The translations under genes and the position numbers were made by a program. The notes beneath the pieces are model-generated. The model ran no database searches. It was given only the letters and a program-made list of their open reading frames with translations, and had not been told where the DNA came from. Shown piece after piece: positions 44,420-55,625 of a stretch of 64,000 nt of DNA (position 1 is its first letter; each line of letters opens with the position of its first letter). This DNA comes from Eimeria praecox. Lineage: Eukaryota. Where the stretch lies: the NCBI GenBank assembly GCA_963920595.1, contig OY986946.1, positions 4,030,001-4,094,000 of the forward strand. Direction: 5' to 3'.

Positions 44420-47400
44420 CTGCATACAAATTCAAACAAACAGCAGCAGCAGAACAACTCTCTCTTTATCTTGAAAGCGTAGAAGACCTGCTGCTGCTGC
44501 TGCTGCTGTTGCACATGCAATGGTGCCACTGCACCTTCTGCTGGTCTTAGAGTAGTGTTGCTGCTGCTGCTGTTGCTATTGGTGTTGCTGCTGCTGCTGC
44601 TGCTGCTGCCTCACCATCGTTTCGTCTAGCAAAATCTACGGCGTTCGGATCGCCGGTGCTTGTTGAGTGTATGTGTTGCGCTGCGAAGACAGCAGAAGAC
44701 AGAAGGAAAATATATTTGGGGGGAAGAGAAGGAGACAGCAGACAGACATAGTAATATATATCATCCATACAATAAAGAGACAGCAGCAACTGCTGCACTA
44801 CAACCCTGCAACCAGCCTCCCCCTCGCGCTGTACCTAGCAGCAGCAGCAGGTCTTATATATATTAATAGCAGCAGCAACAAGAGATGGAGGGAGGTGGAG
44901 GGGGGAGAAGGCCCACACATATTAGAAGTGTATTTAAAATAATGAAGAAGAAACTAAATCTTATGAATGAAGTAATAACGTGCAATGCTTAGAAGAACTC
45001 GCCTACCTGTCGATACACCCGAGCTCGTGGGGGGGAGGATGCGTTGATATTTTGTATTTTCTTGGTCTCTGTTGAATATTAGTATAAACATATATGATAT
45101 TATGTACTGCACCTTAAAATTAAATAAATATAAATGTATGATGATATTAAACAAACAAAAACTAATACAGAAGAGTGTCAGATCGTAGGAGGTTAGATTC
45201 AAAAGAGGAGGCTTCTTCTTCTTCTTCTTCTTTGATTGGTCTTCTACGCACAAAAATTTTGAAACAAACGTTAATCTACAAACCCCAAACCCTAAACAAT
45301 AAACCCTTACAAAAGAAAACCATTCCATCAGAAGACAGGAGACGGGGGGGCCCGTGTATATCTTTGCATTCCCCCCCTCCAACTCTGCTCTCTTCTCTCT
45401 TTATAACTGAAGCAAGTATAAATGCACTTAAGTCTAAACCCTAAACCCTAATCTAAAGCCTTTTAAAAGAAAAGAAGAGCAAATAAAGAAGCAACAAACA
45501 TTAAATACAAACACAGAAATGTGACATTCAATGGCGGCCCCCAGCACTGGGCCGCAGTGCGAGAGGTGTGCATACACCCCGACACTGCGTGATGAGGAAG
45601 ACACCTCGGATGCAGCTAAATATGCTGTAGAAATTATTTGTTTCTCTTGATATTAATACATTTACAGAGTTTTTATTGGCTTTTGTGGGGTTCCTCTTGC
45701 TTGTCACCTCCATCCTGTCTACCTCGCAGACACTCGCCAACAGACTGCAGTGTCTCCTCTTCCCTCCTTTCTCTACCTTCACCTTCAATAGCAATAAACA
45801 AATATAATTAAAAACGCTAACACCAAACAACATTTCGCGCCAGCCTCCACCAATCCCCAAACGAACCCGCCCCCCCACCTACCCTACTTCATTAGCATTA
45901 AGTACTTCAAAGTATTACAATCTGATGCTTACATCAACAGCACTTGTGATTGAAGCTTGCTACATATACACCAAATAGATGAGTAGCAGCCCCTGTAGCT
46001 GGCATTTCCACCTTAGTAGAGAAAACTGATATTCGATAGTAACACCTAATATCCTGTGCACTATCGTAATATACACCATGCACGGAGTTGCACTTCCATA
46101 GAAAAACTTAATACCCAGAACTTGAAATGCGAGAGACCAGGTTTAAATCCCGTGCCTCGCATCAGGGGGGGATCGCACTTACTTTTCGGCTGTTACAGAT
46201 GAATACACAAATGAGCAAAAGAAGAATGCGGACATGGCAAAGTCAGTGTAGCAATGTAACGAGAGCCTTCAATCTCAGCGCAAGCCCACCGTGAGCTCTA
46301 AAACAGTCAGGATATCTCAGGTGACACTCTCCCCAAAATCAGACAGCTGAACTTCCCTGTAGCCTCCACGCATCCTACGCGTAGCGGCACAAGGGCCTGG
46401 CGCAGGGGTGGAGAAACGGCGGCGTGTCATGATGCAGCATGTTCTACATGATCTCGGTACTCGTATCCGTACTTGCTCGCTGGCTGAGTACGCCTGGTTG
46501 AAGGACAAAGAAATGTTTAAAGACAGTCTACAAGCCTAGCGCATGCAGCAGAGGAGCCCGAGTTGCACGCGCGTGTGTGGGGCTCCCCTTGCAAGTAGCG
46601 GTAGCAAGTTCCGTTGCAGTCCATGGCAAGCAGGCATGTATCCTCACCTGCCCCAGCCATTGGACAGCGGTTTGCGGGTCATCTGGAGGTTGAAGGGGAG
46701 GTTAACTGCTTTTTGCGTACTCTTCCCGAAAGTCTTTGCCTCGATAACCACAGTGTGCGCGTGAGGCAAGGGGCCCGCCAGCAGCAAAAACGGGATCCAC
46801 CCATAGGGTATAAAACATTTTGAAGTGATGCTAGCAGGGGAGGCGAGCTGACCAAATATAAAGGAGATCGCGCAACCGAAAGGGCAAACAAAGCTCATGT
46901 GAGCGCCCTTAGACGTAAAGATGGGATTGCCTATTAGCATGCGGCATAGATACTGCCACCAACTGGTTGCGTGCGCCTCAAAATGAAGGTGCGCGGCTTA
47001 TGCTTACATCTTCATTCCCACCCGTTTCGTCGAGGAAGGCAAGGAGACGCTCCTGAGAAAGAACTCTCAGGCACACGTTGGGCCTGCCGTTTTCCTGAGT
47101 GTGTAGCATAATATTCTTGTTTTCGCCTCTCTGCACGTCGCGGCACGCGCCTAGGATGGCAGTCTCCTTCATATGCTTCTTTTTGTACTATGTTGTTTCC
47201 GTTCCCTGGGGTATGCTCGAGGAATTTTCAGCGATTACTTGAACCGCTTTACAAAATCGGCATCAGTTGTTTGATGGTATATCCAAGCTTTCAGAAAATT
47301 TAAGGCATAGTCTTACTTGTTGATTCGTGATCGAACCAGTAAATCTGCAGTGCACGCCAGCGCGTTCATCTGAAAACGAACAGCAATAGGCCCCTCTCTA

Positions 47401-47749
47401 CACGGTAAGAGGTTCTTCTGCCTGTCGCCCTTTTTATGAGTTTCTCAGAGCGTGTGAGTTCACTACCATCAAATTGTGGCTGCTAAAATCAAACCCCAAG
47501 TCACACTTGCTCTAGCTTTTTGCCTGAAGCTCGCGTATATTCAGTGTACATTCCCGAGGTCCTGCAAGCTGCATATGGAGGTTGGCGGTCGCGAATGTTC
47601 ATGGCCGGCTGCCAACACAAAGGCGCAATGCATGGTCAGGAAACGGCGTTTCAGTGTAAATAAGGGTGTACAGCGGGATCGTTGAACTGCTGCTGAAGAG
47701 TAGCAGTTCGACGATCCCGCAGTTTTAATAAATCATCTTCCTCAACAGG

Positions 47750-48720
47750 AAGGATAATACGCCACTTGGTGATGGGTATACAGCAGCAGAATGCATTAAG
47801 AATACTTGGAGCACCCGCGTTCGAAACCGATTGAACTTCTAAAGGAGGTTAAAGAATAAATGAGCCCCTTCCTTTACTGCGGCTGAGCTCGGAGACGGGA
47901 TGAAGTGGGGAGCAGCTGGCGCACCCCATGACAACGGAGATTCTGCCACAGTCTCTGACTGGTGGTTAACAAGTTACAAACGCCATTGTACATTTCGTTA
48001 CGATCCGTCTAAGAGTCGGAAATCTCTGCAGTTGTGCAGGTATCGAAGCGCTCAGCGGCTATTGCTTCTGGGACTCCAAAACACCAGCGGCATATTCGGC
48101 AGCTGACTGATTCACCAGGTCGCGAAAGGGGATTGGCTATCCACTTCATTGTTGTGTTGACCCCGTCATCTTCCGCTAAAATAATAGTGGTGCAATTTGC
48201 GCAAAACCACCTTCCCAAGGGAAGCTGGATCGTGTAAACAGCTAAGTCTGCAGTTCTTCATGCACCACAAGAGACCGCCAGCCATGTTGTCATGCATAAC
48301 TGTCCACCCATTGTTGAGCTTGGCGAGAGCCTGCAGCCTCATGAATATCTAAACGCTAAACAAAATACAGTTGAATAAGACAAAGAGAATCATTACAGGT
48401 GTGCACAGAGGTAAATCACAGTGCCTGACTGGTAGGAAGTCGGAAGAGTGCGCTAGCGACTACGTTGGTGATGCCCCTTATGTAATGAAGCTTCACCATA
48501 ATCACGGCTACATCTGCAAGCCTGCAGCTTATGCCGTGTTCGCTGCGTCGCTCCTGTAGCATGGTGCAGCATGGTTTGCCCGTTTTCTGTGCGCATGCTC
48601 CAACGTGCGTGGAAGCTGCCTGCTTCGGGCCAACCGAGTGTGTCAGGGCTATCTACACTACAGTCTACAGTATTTGTACACGCAGCAAAAGGGAAGTTAG
48701 TTGTGCTTGCGCATGAAGCA
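47750..48720 (-). mobile_element. Decayed Ty3/gypsy pol remnant (RNase H end plus integrase)
   Basis: KLHYIRGITNVVASALFRL (~48437-48499) resembles i.y.pGk.N.vADaLSR. PAQLQRFPT...CTMAFVTC*PP resembles Lqplp...MDFvtgLP. PHFIPSPSSAAVKEGAHLFF resembles ahFip...A.lf. Contains stops and frameshifts. Confidence 0.75.
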
Positions 48721-49379
48721 AAATGGCCATTGGGTGTGCCTGTAGATGTTAAAGGCGCTTGGTTATGCTTGCATGTGGAGGCTGCCTTGCAGCGCTAGCG
48801 GCAGCAAGGTGGTCTGCAGCGTATGACGCACCTGCTGCTGCTTTTACCAGCAGCCGACCCTTGCACAGGACGCTTGCAGATTGGGCGGCAAGCCAGTTGC
48901 CTTGGGATCGAAACTACAACAACTTCGGAGTTGGGGCTTTTCTTAGCTTGAGTGCATGGCTCATACTTAGATGTTTTGCATTTTAGCTAGCAGCTTGAGG
49001 ATAGGGGCGACCTGCCAGACTAAGCAAGTCAGCATTGGGGACCAATGGAGGTGCCGCAAGGAGGCGCCAGAAGCCACAACAGAAGGATTCTCGGACTGCT
49101 CAAAGGCACCATCCCTTAGAGCCCGCAATTCCTTCCCGGTTCTAGCCTTTTGCCACGCCATCGCCTGAGGGGGCTTGATAACTCACCTGAGCTATTCAGT
49201 GGAAATTATTCCCCAGTTGGGTTGCCGCTTGGACCTCCAGCTGCAGAAAGGAAATTACAAAGCTTGGAGAGCTAACAGTTGCCTTTTGCGCAGCAGCTTA
49301 TGATGGTGATGCCCAGTCTGTGAGGGCCCTGAGGGGTCTCTAGGTACCACTACCTGCCTTAATTGTTATATTGGGACAT

Positions 49380-50345
49380 TTCTCGCACGTCACATCCTCT
49401 ACTGCGAAGTTATACGGCAGAAATCACCTTAGTGACGAACCAAATATTTGGTCATCGAGATTTTGGAAGCATTCCGCTAAGCCTATCGTGGTTTGATGAT
49501 CCGTGTAAACAGTTGAACGCGTGTCGCATAAGTAAGGCCGACACAGCTTTATGCCCCATCAGACCGCCTAAAGGTTCATCACATGCACTGGACCCTGCTG
49601 CTATCGTTGTGTGTAGCGGAGTGGGTTGTCTCTGATGGTGTCAGCGTGCTGATACAGTATCAAGGCAACCACTGTTATACTATCATGTGTTTTTAAAAAG
49701 AAGGGCTTGCCGAAGTCAGGGAGCGCGAGTAGCAGAGACGTCACATGGTTGGTCAGGTTCTTCGGCCCGTGCCCCAGAATATTGCGTGGAGAAGCAGCTC
49801 CGTTAGACAGGTGGCGATGCGAAGCATTCCCGCGATGGAGTTGTGGTAGTACTAGGCGCGTAGGGGCGTAAGAAGACTTCAGCCCGTTTACGCGATTGCA
49901 CGTTGGTGCTAGCTCTGTCAAGTGGCCTATACTTTCGAAGAAGACAGTTCAACGGTTCAGGTGGAGACCACTAAAAATGAACGGCGCTTTTCTATGCAGA
50001 CCTCCGCTCCTCATCAAGCAGCTGCAGCGCGAAATGCAACTGGCGCAGGTGCTTGTGCAATGTACGCACAAGCATGAAGCCCGTCTGTATAATAACCCAT
50101 CGCTCAGTGATTGAGCAAACAAATCGTCAATAACCTACAGCAGCAGGTCTTCATGGGCACTAGGAAATCAAAAATGCTAACAGAGGTCCTCTAGCTTGCA
50201 AGCACGAGAATGTGACGGAGTTATGTGTATCTCATCCGAATGGGCAGCGAACCTCAACAGCTGGTTAGCCTGCTGATCAGATGGCCAACAGAAATATGAA
50301 GATTGCAAGCAGGCAACAACTTTGTCGGCCCATGGCATCATAAGC
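49380..50345 (-). mobile_element. Decayed Ty3/gypsy pol remnant (reverse transcriptase plus RNase H)
   Basis: LLALPDFGKPFFLKTHDSITVVALILYQ and NL*AV*WGIKLCRPYL...TVYTDHQ match Ty3 RNase H. MPWADKVVACLQ, YTDG and HKHLRQ match degenerate RT motifs. Confidence 0.8.
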
Positions 50346-51559
50346 GTCTGCTCCACCATGACTTTGTTGAGGCACTTGGTCTGCGTCTACTGCCTACTGC
50401 CCCTGTTTTCTTCGCCACCACCCTAGTGCTGCCAAATTCGCTTCACTGCTGAACTTGGCCTCTTCGGAATTCGCAGCCTGGCTGCGAATTCCGAAGAGGC
50501 CAAGGGGCTGCTGGCCCTGCGACGGCCGAAAGAGCTGCTGCTGCTGCTGCTGCTGCTGCTTGTGCTGCTGCTGCTGCAGTAGTGCCTGCTGCTGCTGCTG
50601 CTGCTGCTGCGGTGGCTGCTGCTGCTGCTGCGTGAGGCGTGTCGGCGCCTCCTATCTGTTGCCATTTTGAATGAAGACGCTTTTTGTATTTAGAAAACCT
50701 AATAAACAACTCTCCTTTCTAGGGTCTAGGGTTTGGGGGAATTCGCAGCCTGGCTGCCGTTTGCTCTCTTTTATTCTCTTTCTCGTGGAAGGTCTGGCAG
50801 TAATAGCCTCAGTATCCATGGAATCAGCATCTGGTTTATTTCGTAAGCTTTGTTTCCTCTCTTCGGTTTCGGGGGTAGATATGACGCTTCTGCTGCTTAA
50901 TGTTATTGTAGTTTAACATTTCAACGATTTCCATCCGCTCATGTCTTCGTTCCCGCTCTGTTGCCAAGGGAGTTATTAATATTGGTGTGCACAAATGTAT
51001 CAATGTATTTGCCGTCATCTGGCAGACCTGCTGCACGCACTGCTAGTGGTGTAACGGAAAGCTACACCACCCTATTGCCACACATTTCACATCTATCATG
51101 CAAATTGCTAACTGTCCCAAACAAAAAGTCCTTACACACAACTGTGGTTTTGAAACATATGTAAAGCATAGTGATGAGCATGTAGCATTTATATATGAGA
51201 TCTGAAACTGCCTACAGCCGCTTCAGATCGGATGTAAAAAATACCGCATGCCAGTTGCCTTGGCGCCTCAGCTGCAGCTACCTTATGCCTTCTTTGCCGC
51301 CATACTGACACATTAATAAGTAGGCACCAAGCTACAACCTATAGGATCTAGTTAAGTATTGTATGAGCCCAGACAAGATTTTTTACATGCAATGGGTGTC
51401 TGTTAGCTCCTTGTTGGACAGTTGATATGAGCTGTACTTGCCACACCTCAACGCTCTAGTAACCACCCTTCTCTGTTGCACCAAAAACATTGAACCTTTT
51501 CCTGCAGGGAGCTCAAACTGCCGAACATAACTGCCAACAACGGTCAGTCGTCCGGCAAA

Positions 51560-52300
51560 GGGTTCTTGTTTTCTTCCGTGTGCGCAAGATCCAGGCGTAC
51601 CGTTAATATTAACATACTAAAGGGCTTGCCAGTAAAAACGTGCAAGGTATTCTGTAAAATACTCCTCCGATATTCAGCCTAAATGCCCACTCATTCAAAA
51701 AGCAGATCTGTCAATTACAAATGTGCTGCAAAGCTAGGCTACCTCCCACTGTGGTGCTGGAGTGCATCTAGAGTGGAGAGCACGCAAGCAAGCTGATCAA
51801 GTATGTTACTTCTGAGCTTCTGATGGACTGTCTGCAGAACAGCCCCACGGGTTTCCGGTTGCAATAAACTTGTTGTATACTCCTTGCAGATCGAGCAAAT
51901 CAACCAAGAGGATAAATATGACTGCTTAAACAGTCAACGCAGATACCCAAAAGCGAGGATGGGAAAGATCGGATCTTAGCCAGACATTTTGGCCTGACAA
52001 GTGTGACTTGGGATGAACAAATGATGAACAAATGATGTTCGTGTTGGCCCAGCTTCTCATATAAGCTCATGCAGGTTCTTCTAAGGACCTTTCTGTGGAC
52101 CAACCGATGAGCTTGGCATATCTTCACAGTTTACACTTGCTTTGCTTGTGGCCAAACGAGCACAAAAATGCCGTCAAAAAAGCAAGCAAGCATGCATTAG
52201 ATTGCGTTATATTCGAGCCCCAGAAGATACCCCAATAAACTTCATCTCTGTGCCAACGCAGGCAATAGCATGGCATCCCATCCCAGAGGGTCAAGGTATT
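51560..52300 (-). mobile_element. Decayed gypsy integrase remnant
   Basis: GMP...HRDEV...IFW resembles GlP..ivsDRD..F..FW. SSSVGPQKG resembles StayHPQtdG. GKPFSM...VRLDL resembles the GPY/F motif. Heavily degenerate. Confidence 0.45.
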
Positions 52301-54214
52301 AGCGTTCATGTCGTACTCCGGGGTCTCGCATCCATCCCTGAGTGAAGCTCCTGCGTCGCAATGCAAATAGCTACCAGGGCCTATGAATAGAAGAAACAAA
52401 TGTACAGGCGCTGCAGTGATATACGTTGCCCGCAGCAAGAACTGCGCCGCTGTTCTGAATCTTAATAATCAGACAAGTCCCGGCTGGAGCCGTGTCCAAG
52501 ACCCACCACTTCAGGCGGATTGCCGTTGCTGCAGTTTCGGATGTCTGCAATTAGTGCGCGAGCCCATGGCAAGCATGCAGTGTAAAAAGTGATGCGATGC
52601 ATATTACGATGAGCTCAGCACAAAAGAGAAGCTGCTACAGAATTCCAGGGCCAGTCTAGCCGCAGCAAAGCGCGCACGCCATAGCATGCGCCAAGGATAT
52701 AAAAATCTAGCTCTCACCCCTGAGGGTAATAATTGTTCCCTGAGTTTCTTTGTTTTTGTTTGATGCGAGGGAACACCAGAATCAGTTGTTCTTTCGTATG
52801 TGAACGAGTGCCATTCATGAATTTATATATTTCACGTTATTGCTGCAGCGGAAGATGTGCCCTGGAGTCAAACTGTTGCACTGTACCGAACATTAAAAGT
52901 TTCCCCGTAATCCGTCTTCAGCGTGGTCGGGCCCTGGGCATCCAAGCTGCTGCCCGCCAACACACCTAACGCTAATAGCAGCCTTGGGCGCAGTGGGATG
53001 GTGCAGTGAGCAGTGTAGAGAGATGAGATGAAAGCGTTTCTTGTTGCTACTGCTGGCTAGGAAGCCCATTCAAAACTGGAAGAAGGCATACGGAATATTC
53101 AGCTGCTTGTGCGATGCTTGTTGCTGAGCCTTGCCTGACTGCCCAAGTCCTCAATATTTTAAGAAATATTGGGCGAGTTGGGGTCAAGGTTCGCCAGCTG
53201 ACAGGAAATCGTAAACAAGCTCCCTGTAAAGCCAGCTTGCGGCACTTTCTCACGACGCCACAACAACAAAGGGATATGGCAAATGGCGGTTCAGGCGCTC
53301 CAGCAGGGGTTCCTATGACGTTCGCAAGACAGGGTAGGCGCAGTCGGATCTGCAGCTGCCGCAGATGCTGCGGTTTCTATTGTTACTAAGCATCTATTTG
53401 TACATGCATGTAGTATCTTCATTTGCGTGGGGCGTTTCGTACGCTTGAGCGCATGCCTGAACACCGAAGTGTTCGAGGTTCAAGGAATCGAGCTTGTTTC
53501 CAGCCGCAGAGGGCCACAGTGCTTATCCGTTGGAGGAAAGGCTGCAAGGTTTTCTATTACGTAATCAGACTAGATACATCTCGCTAGCGGCCTTCGTAAA
53601 TATCCCTGTACCTATGGGAATGGTGCAGGCGTTTCGGGTCTATTCTGTATATTCGTCTGCCTTCCAGGCAAACTTTTTTGCGCTGCAGCTCACTGCCCTA
53701 GGTATCGGCCATAAAACGACTGTCACCCTAGCCAGTGGGAGCAATGGCTTGAGCTAATTGTCAGGTAAACGAGATGAACGACGTTAAAAGCGTACATATC
53801 TAGAAGCGAAGTGTGTGCCACGAGTGGAAAGCTAGCAAAAATTTACGGGCGCGTCATATTAAAAATGAACGGTAAAAGCGCTGGCCTCTAGCAGTTTGGG
53901 ACCAAAAGGGTAATCGAATTCGGCTTTGCGCCCAGAGGCGTGGAAGCCCACTCGCCCTTTGCCCTTCTGTGGGACAGCCATACCAGCAATGGCTCCTAAA
54001 CTCAGCTAAGCAGCTATGAGGTTCAAACTACAAGCTACTGTGGCTGTAGCCGCATGCCCATCGCATGCCCATCGAGCTGTGCCTTCCCTTAGTGCGCGAA
54101 CCGTTTGTTTTCCAAAGGAGGTCACGCTGCTCTCCAGTGGATAAGGACCCATGAATCCAAGAAATTTCTCGGTTCACGCTTTCCCTTGCCTACATATATC
54201 AACAGGAGCGTCCG

Positions 54215-55330
54215 ACGCACTACCTAGATCGCCGCTGTCGTAGCAATGCTCAGCTGCGCAGCTCTAACGAGCTCGCTCAAACGCCGCATACACCATTAAG
54301 CTTCCCCGATGTAGATTGGTCCAGGTAACTCTCTGAACGACCACCCGGCAGTTTTTACTAGGGCCTAGTATGCACTGCCTCCACTGTCTTCCATGGGGGG
54401 ATTGATAAGCCTCTCAAGCTGTTGTTGCAGAGCGGTTGCGTGCTCCAAACAGATCACGTTTAATCCTGTCCCTCCACTGGTCGGATTTCTCCGTTCTCCA
54501 GTAGCCTTGGCTGCAAACCTTTTAGGATCTCCACGAACTAAGAAAGCAGACAACAAAGGCAACGAGCAAGCCTCAGCACTTGGACTCACATTACGCTTCC
54601 CTGGATCACTAAGCATCGAGACTGGTCCCTAGGAATCCCAATTGCCAGGCTTCTGAACTTACCACTCGTATTCTGATATTTGGGACGTCATCATGCGTGT
54701 GAGCCGGTGGCCGATCTTCTGCAACGCACGCAAGACTCTCTAGGGCAAGGCCACCAGAAGCCTCTCTCAGGTCATGCTGCACGCACGGCCAACACAGTCA
54801 CACACACCTTGCCGCTGAGTGAAGCCATGAACGAAAACTCAAAGGGAAGGGCCCCATTAGAACTGGCTGCGTAGAAAAGTCCAGATGGTATAAAACTATG
54901 CCCTTCATACCCATACCGCTCACCGGTAGGCTAGCCGCTTCCTCCGATTTTTCCATTGGGAAGCCAACCTGAAGCAGATCACAATGCTGAAAGCAGGGCG
55001 AAGTCTGGGAAAAGTTTTAAAGCCAGGGACTATCTACAGACCTACAAAATACCCCCCAAAAGCAAGCGCAAAGAAGGCGGCCTCCGTACCTCTGGCAGGT
55101 AGGGCGAAACTTTGTAATCCTCTGCATGACGGAGCACAAGGGCAACATACGGAGAGAAACAATTTGGCTTCGCATGATACACGCAGCAACGGCTAAGGGA
55201 ACCATACGGCTGTGAATGAAAAATGGAGATGGAAGCATCTAGCTAATGAAGAAATGAGCACGTTCTGCTTGCCTGCGCCGTCACCAAACTTCGCCGCTAG
55301 CGCTTTGATGAACTCAATTGTAGGCCCATA
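54215..55330 (-). mobile_element. Possible gag/protease remnant of a gypsy element
   Basis: IEFIKALAAKFGDG (gag-like) and GKLNG...ALL/DSG with a frameshift (aspartic protease-like). Their order fits a position upstream of the 51.5-52.3 kb integrase. Confidence 0.3.
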
Positions 55331-55625
55331 CAGCTCTGGCGCATGACGCCTGCTGTCGACAATTCTGATAACTCCGAATCTGAACGAAGATTGCGCAACC
55401 CCATGACGATGGGAAACCACATGAGCAGGCCGTCGCCTCCTTAACGCGGACGAGGGAAGGCGACTGCCAGGCTGAGCCCTTGCTGTATGGCAACGCCTTC
55501 TCTCCAAAGGAACTAACTAAAGACCGGTCGAATCATTGGTCTAACTAGCCTATCAATCGAAAAGAATAAATGCACATGCAGCTTAGTCATTGTATGCATT
55601 CTACACTTATGGGCATTTTTAAAGC

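Noticed and set aside
46540..47000. Plus-strand retroelement RT remnant (FAGHLEVEGEV, GIHP)
   Set aside because: The similarity is too weak to support by eye.
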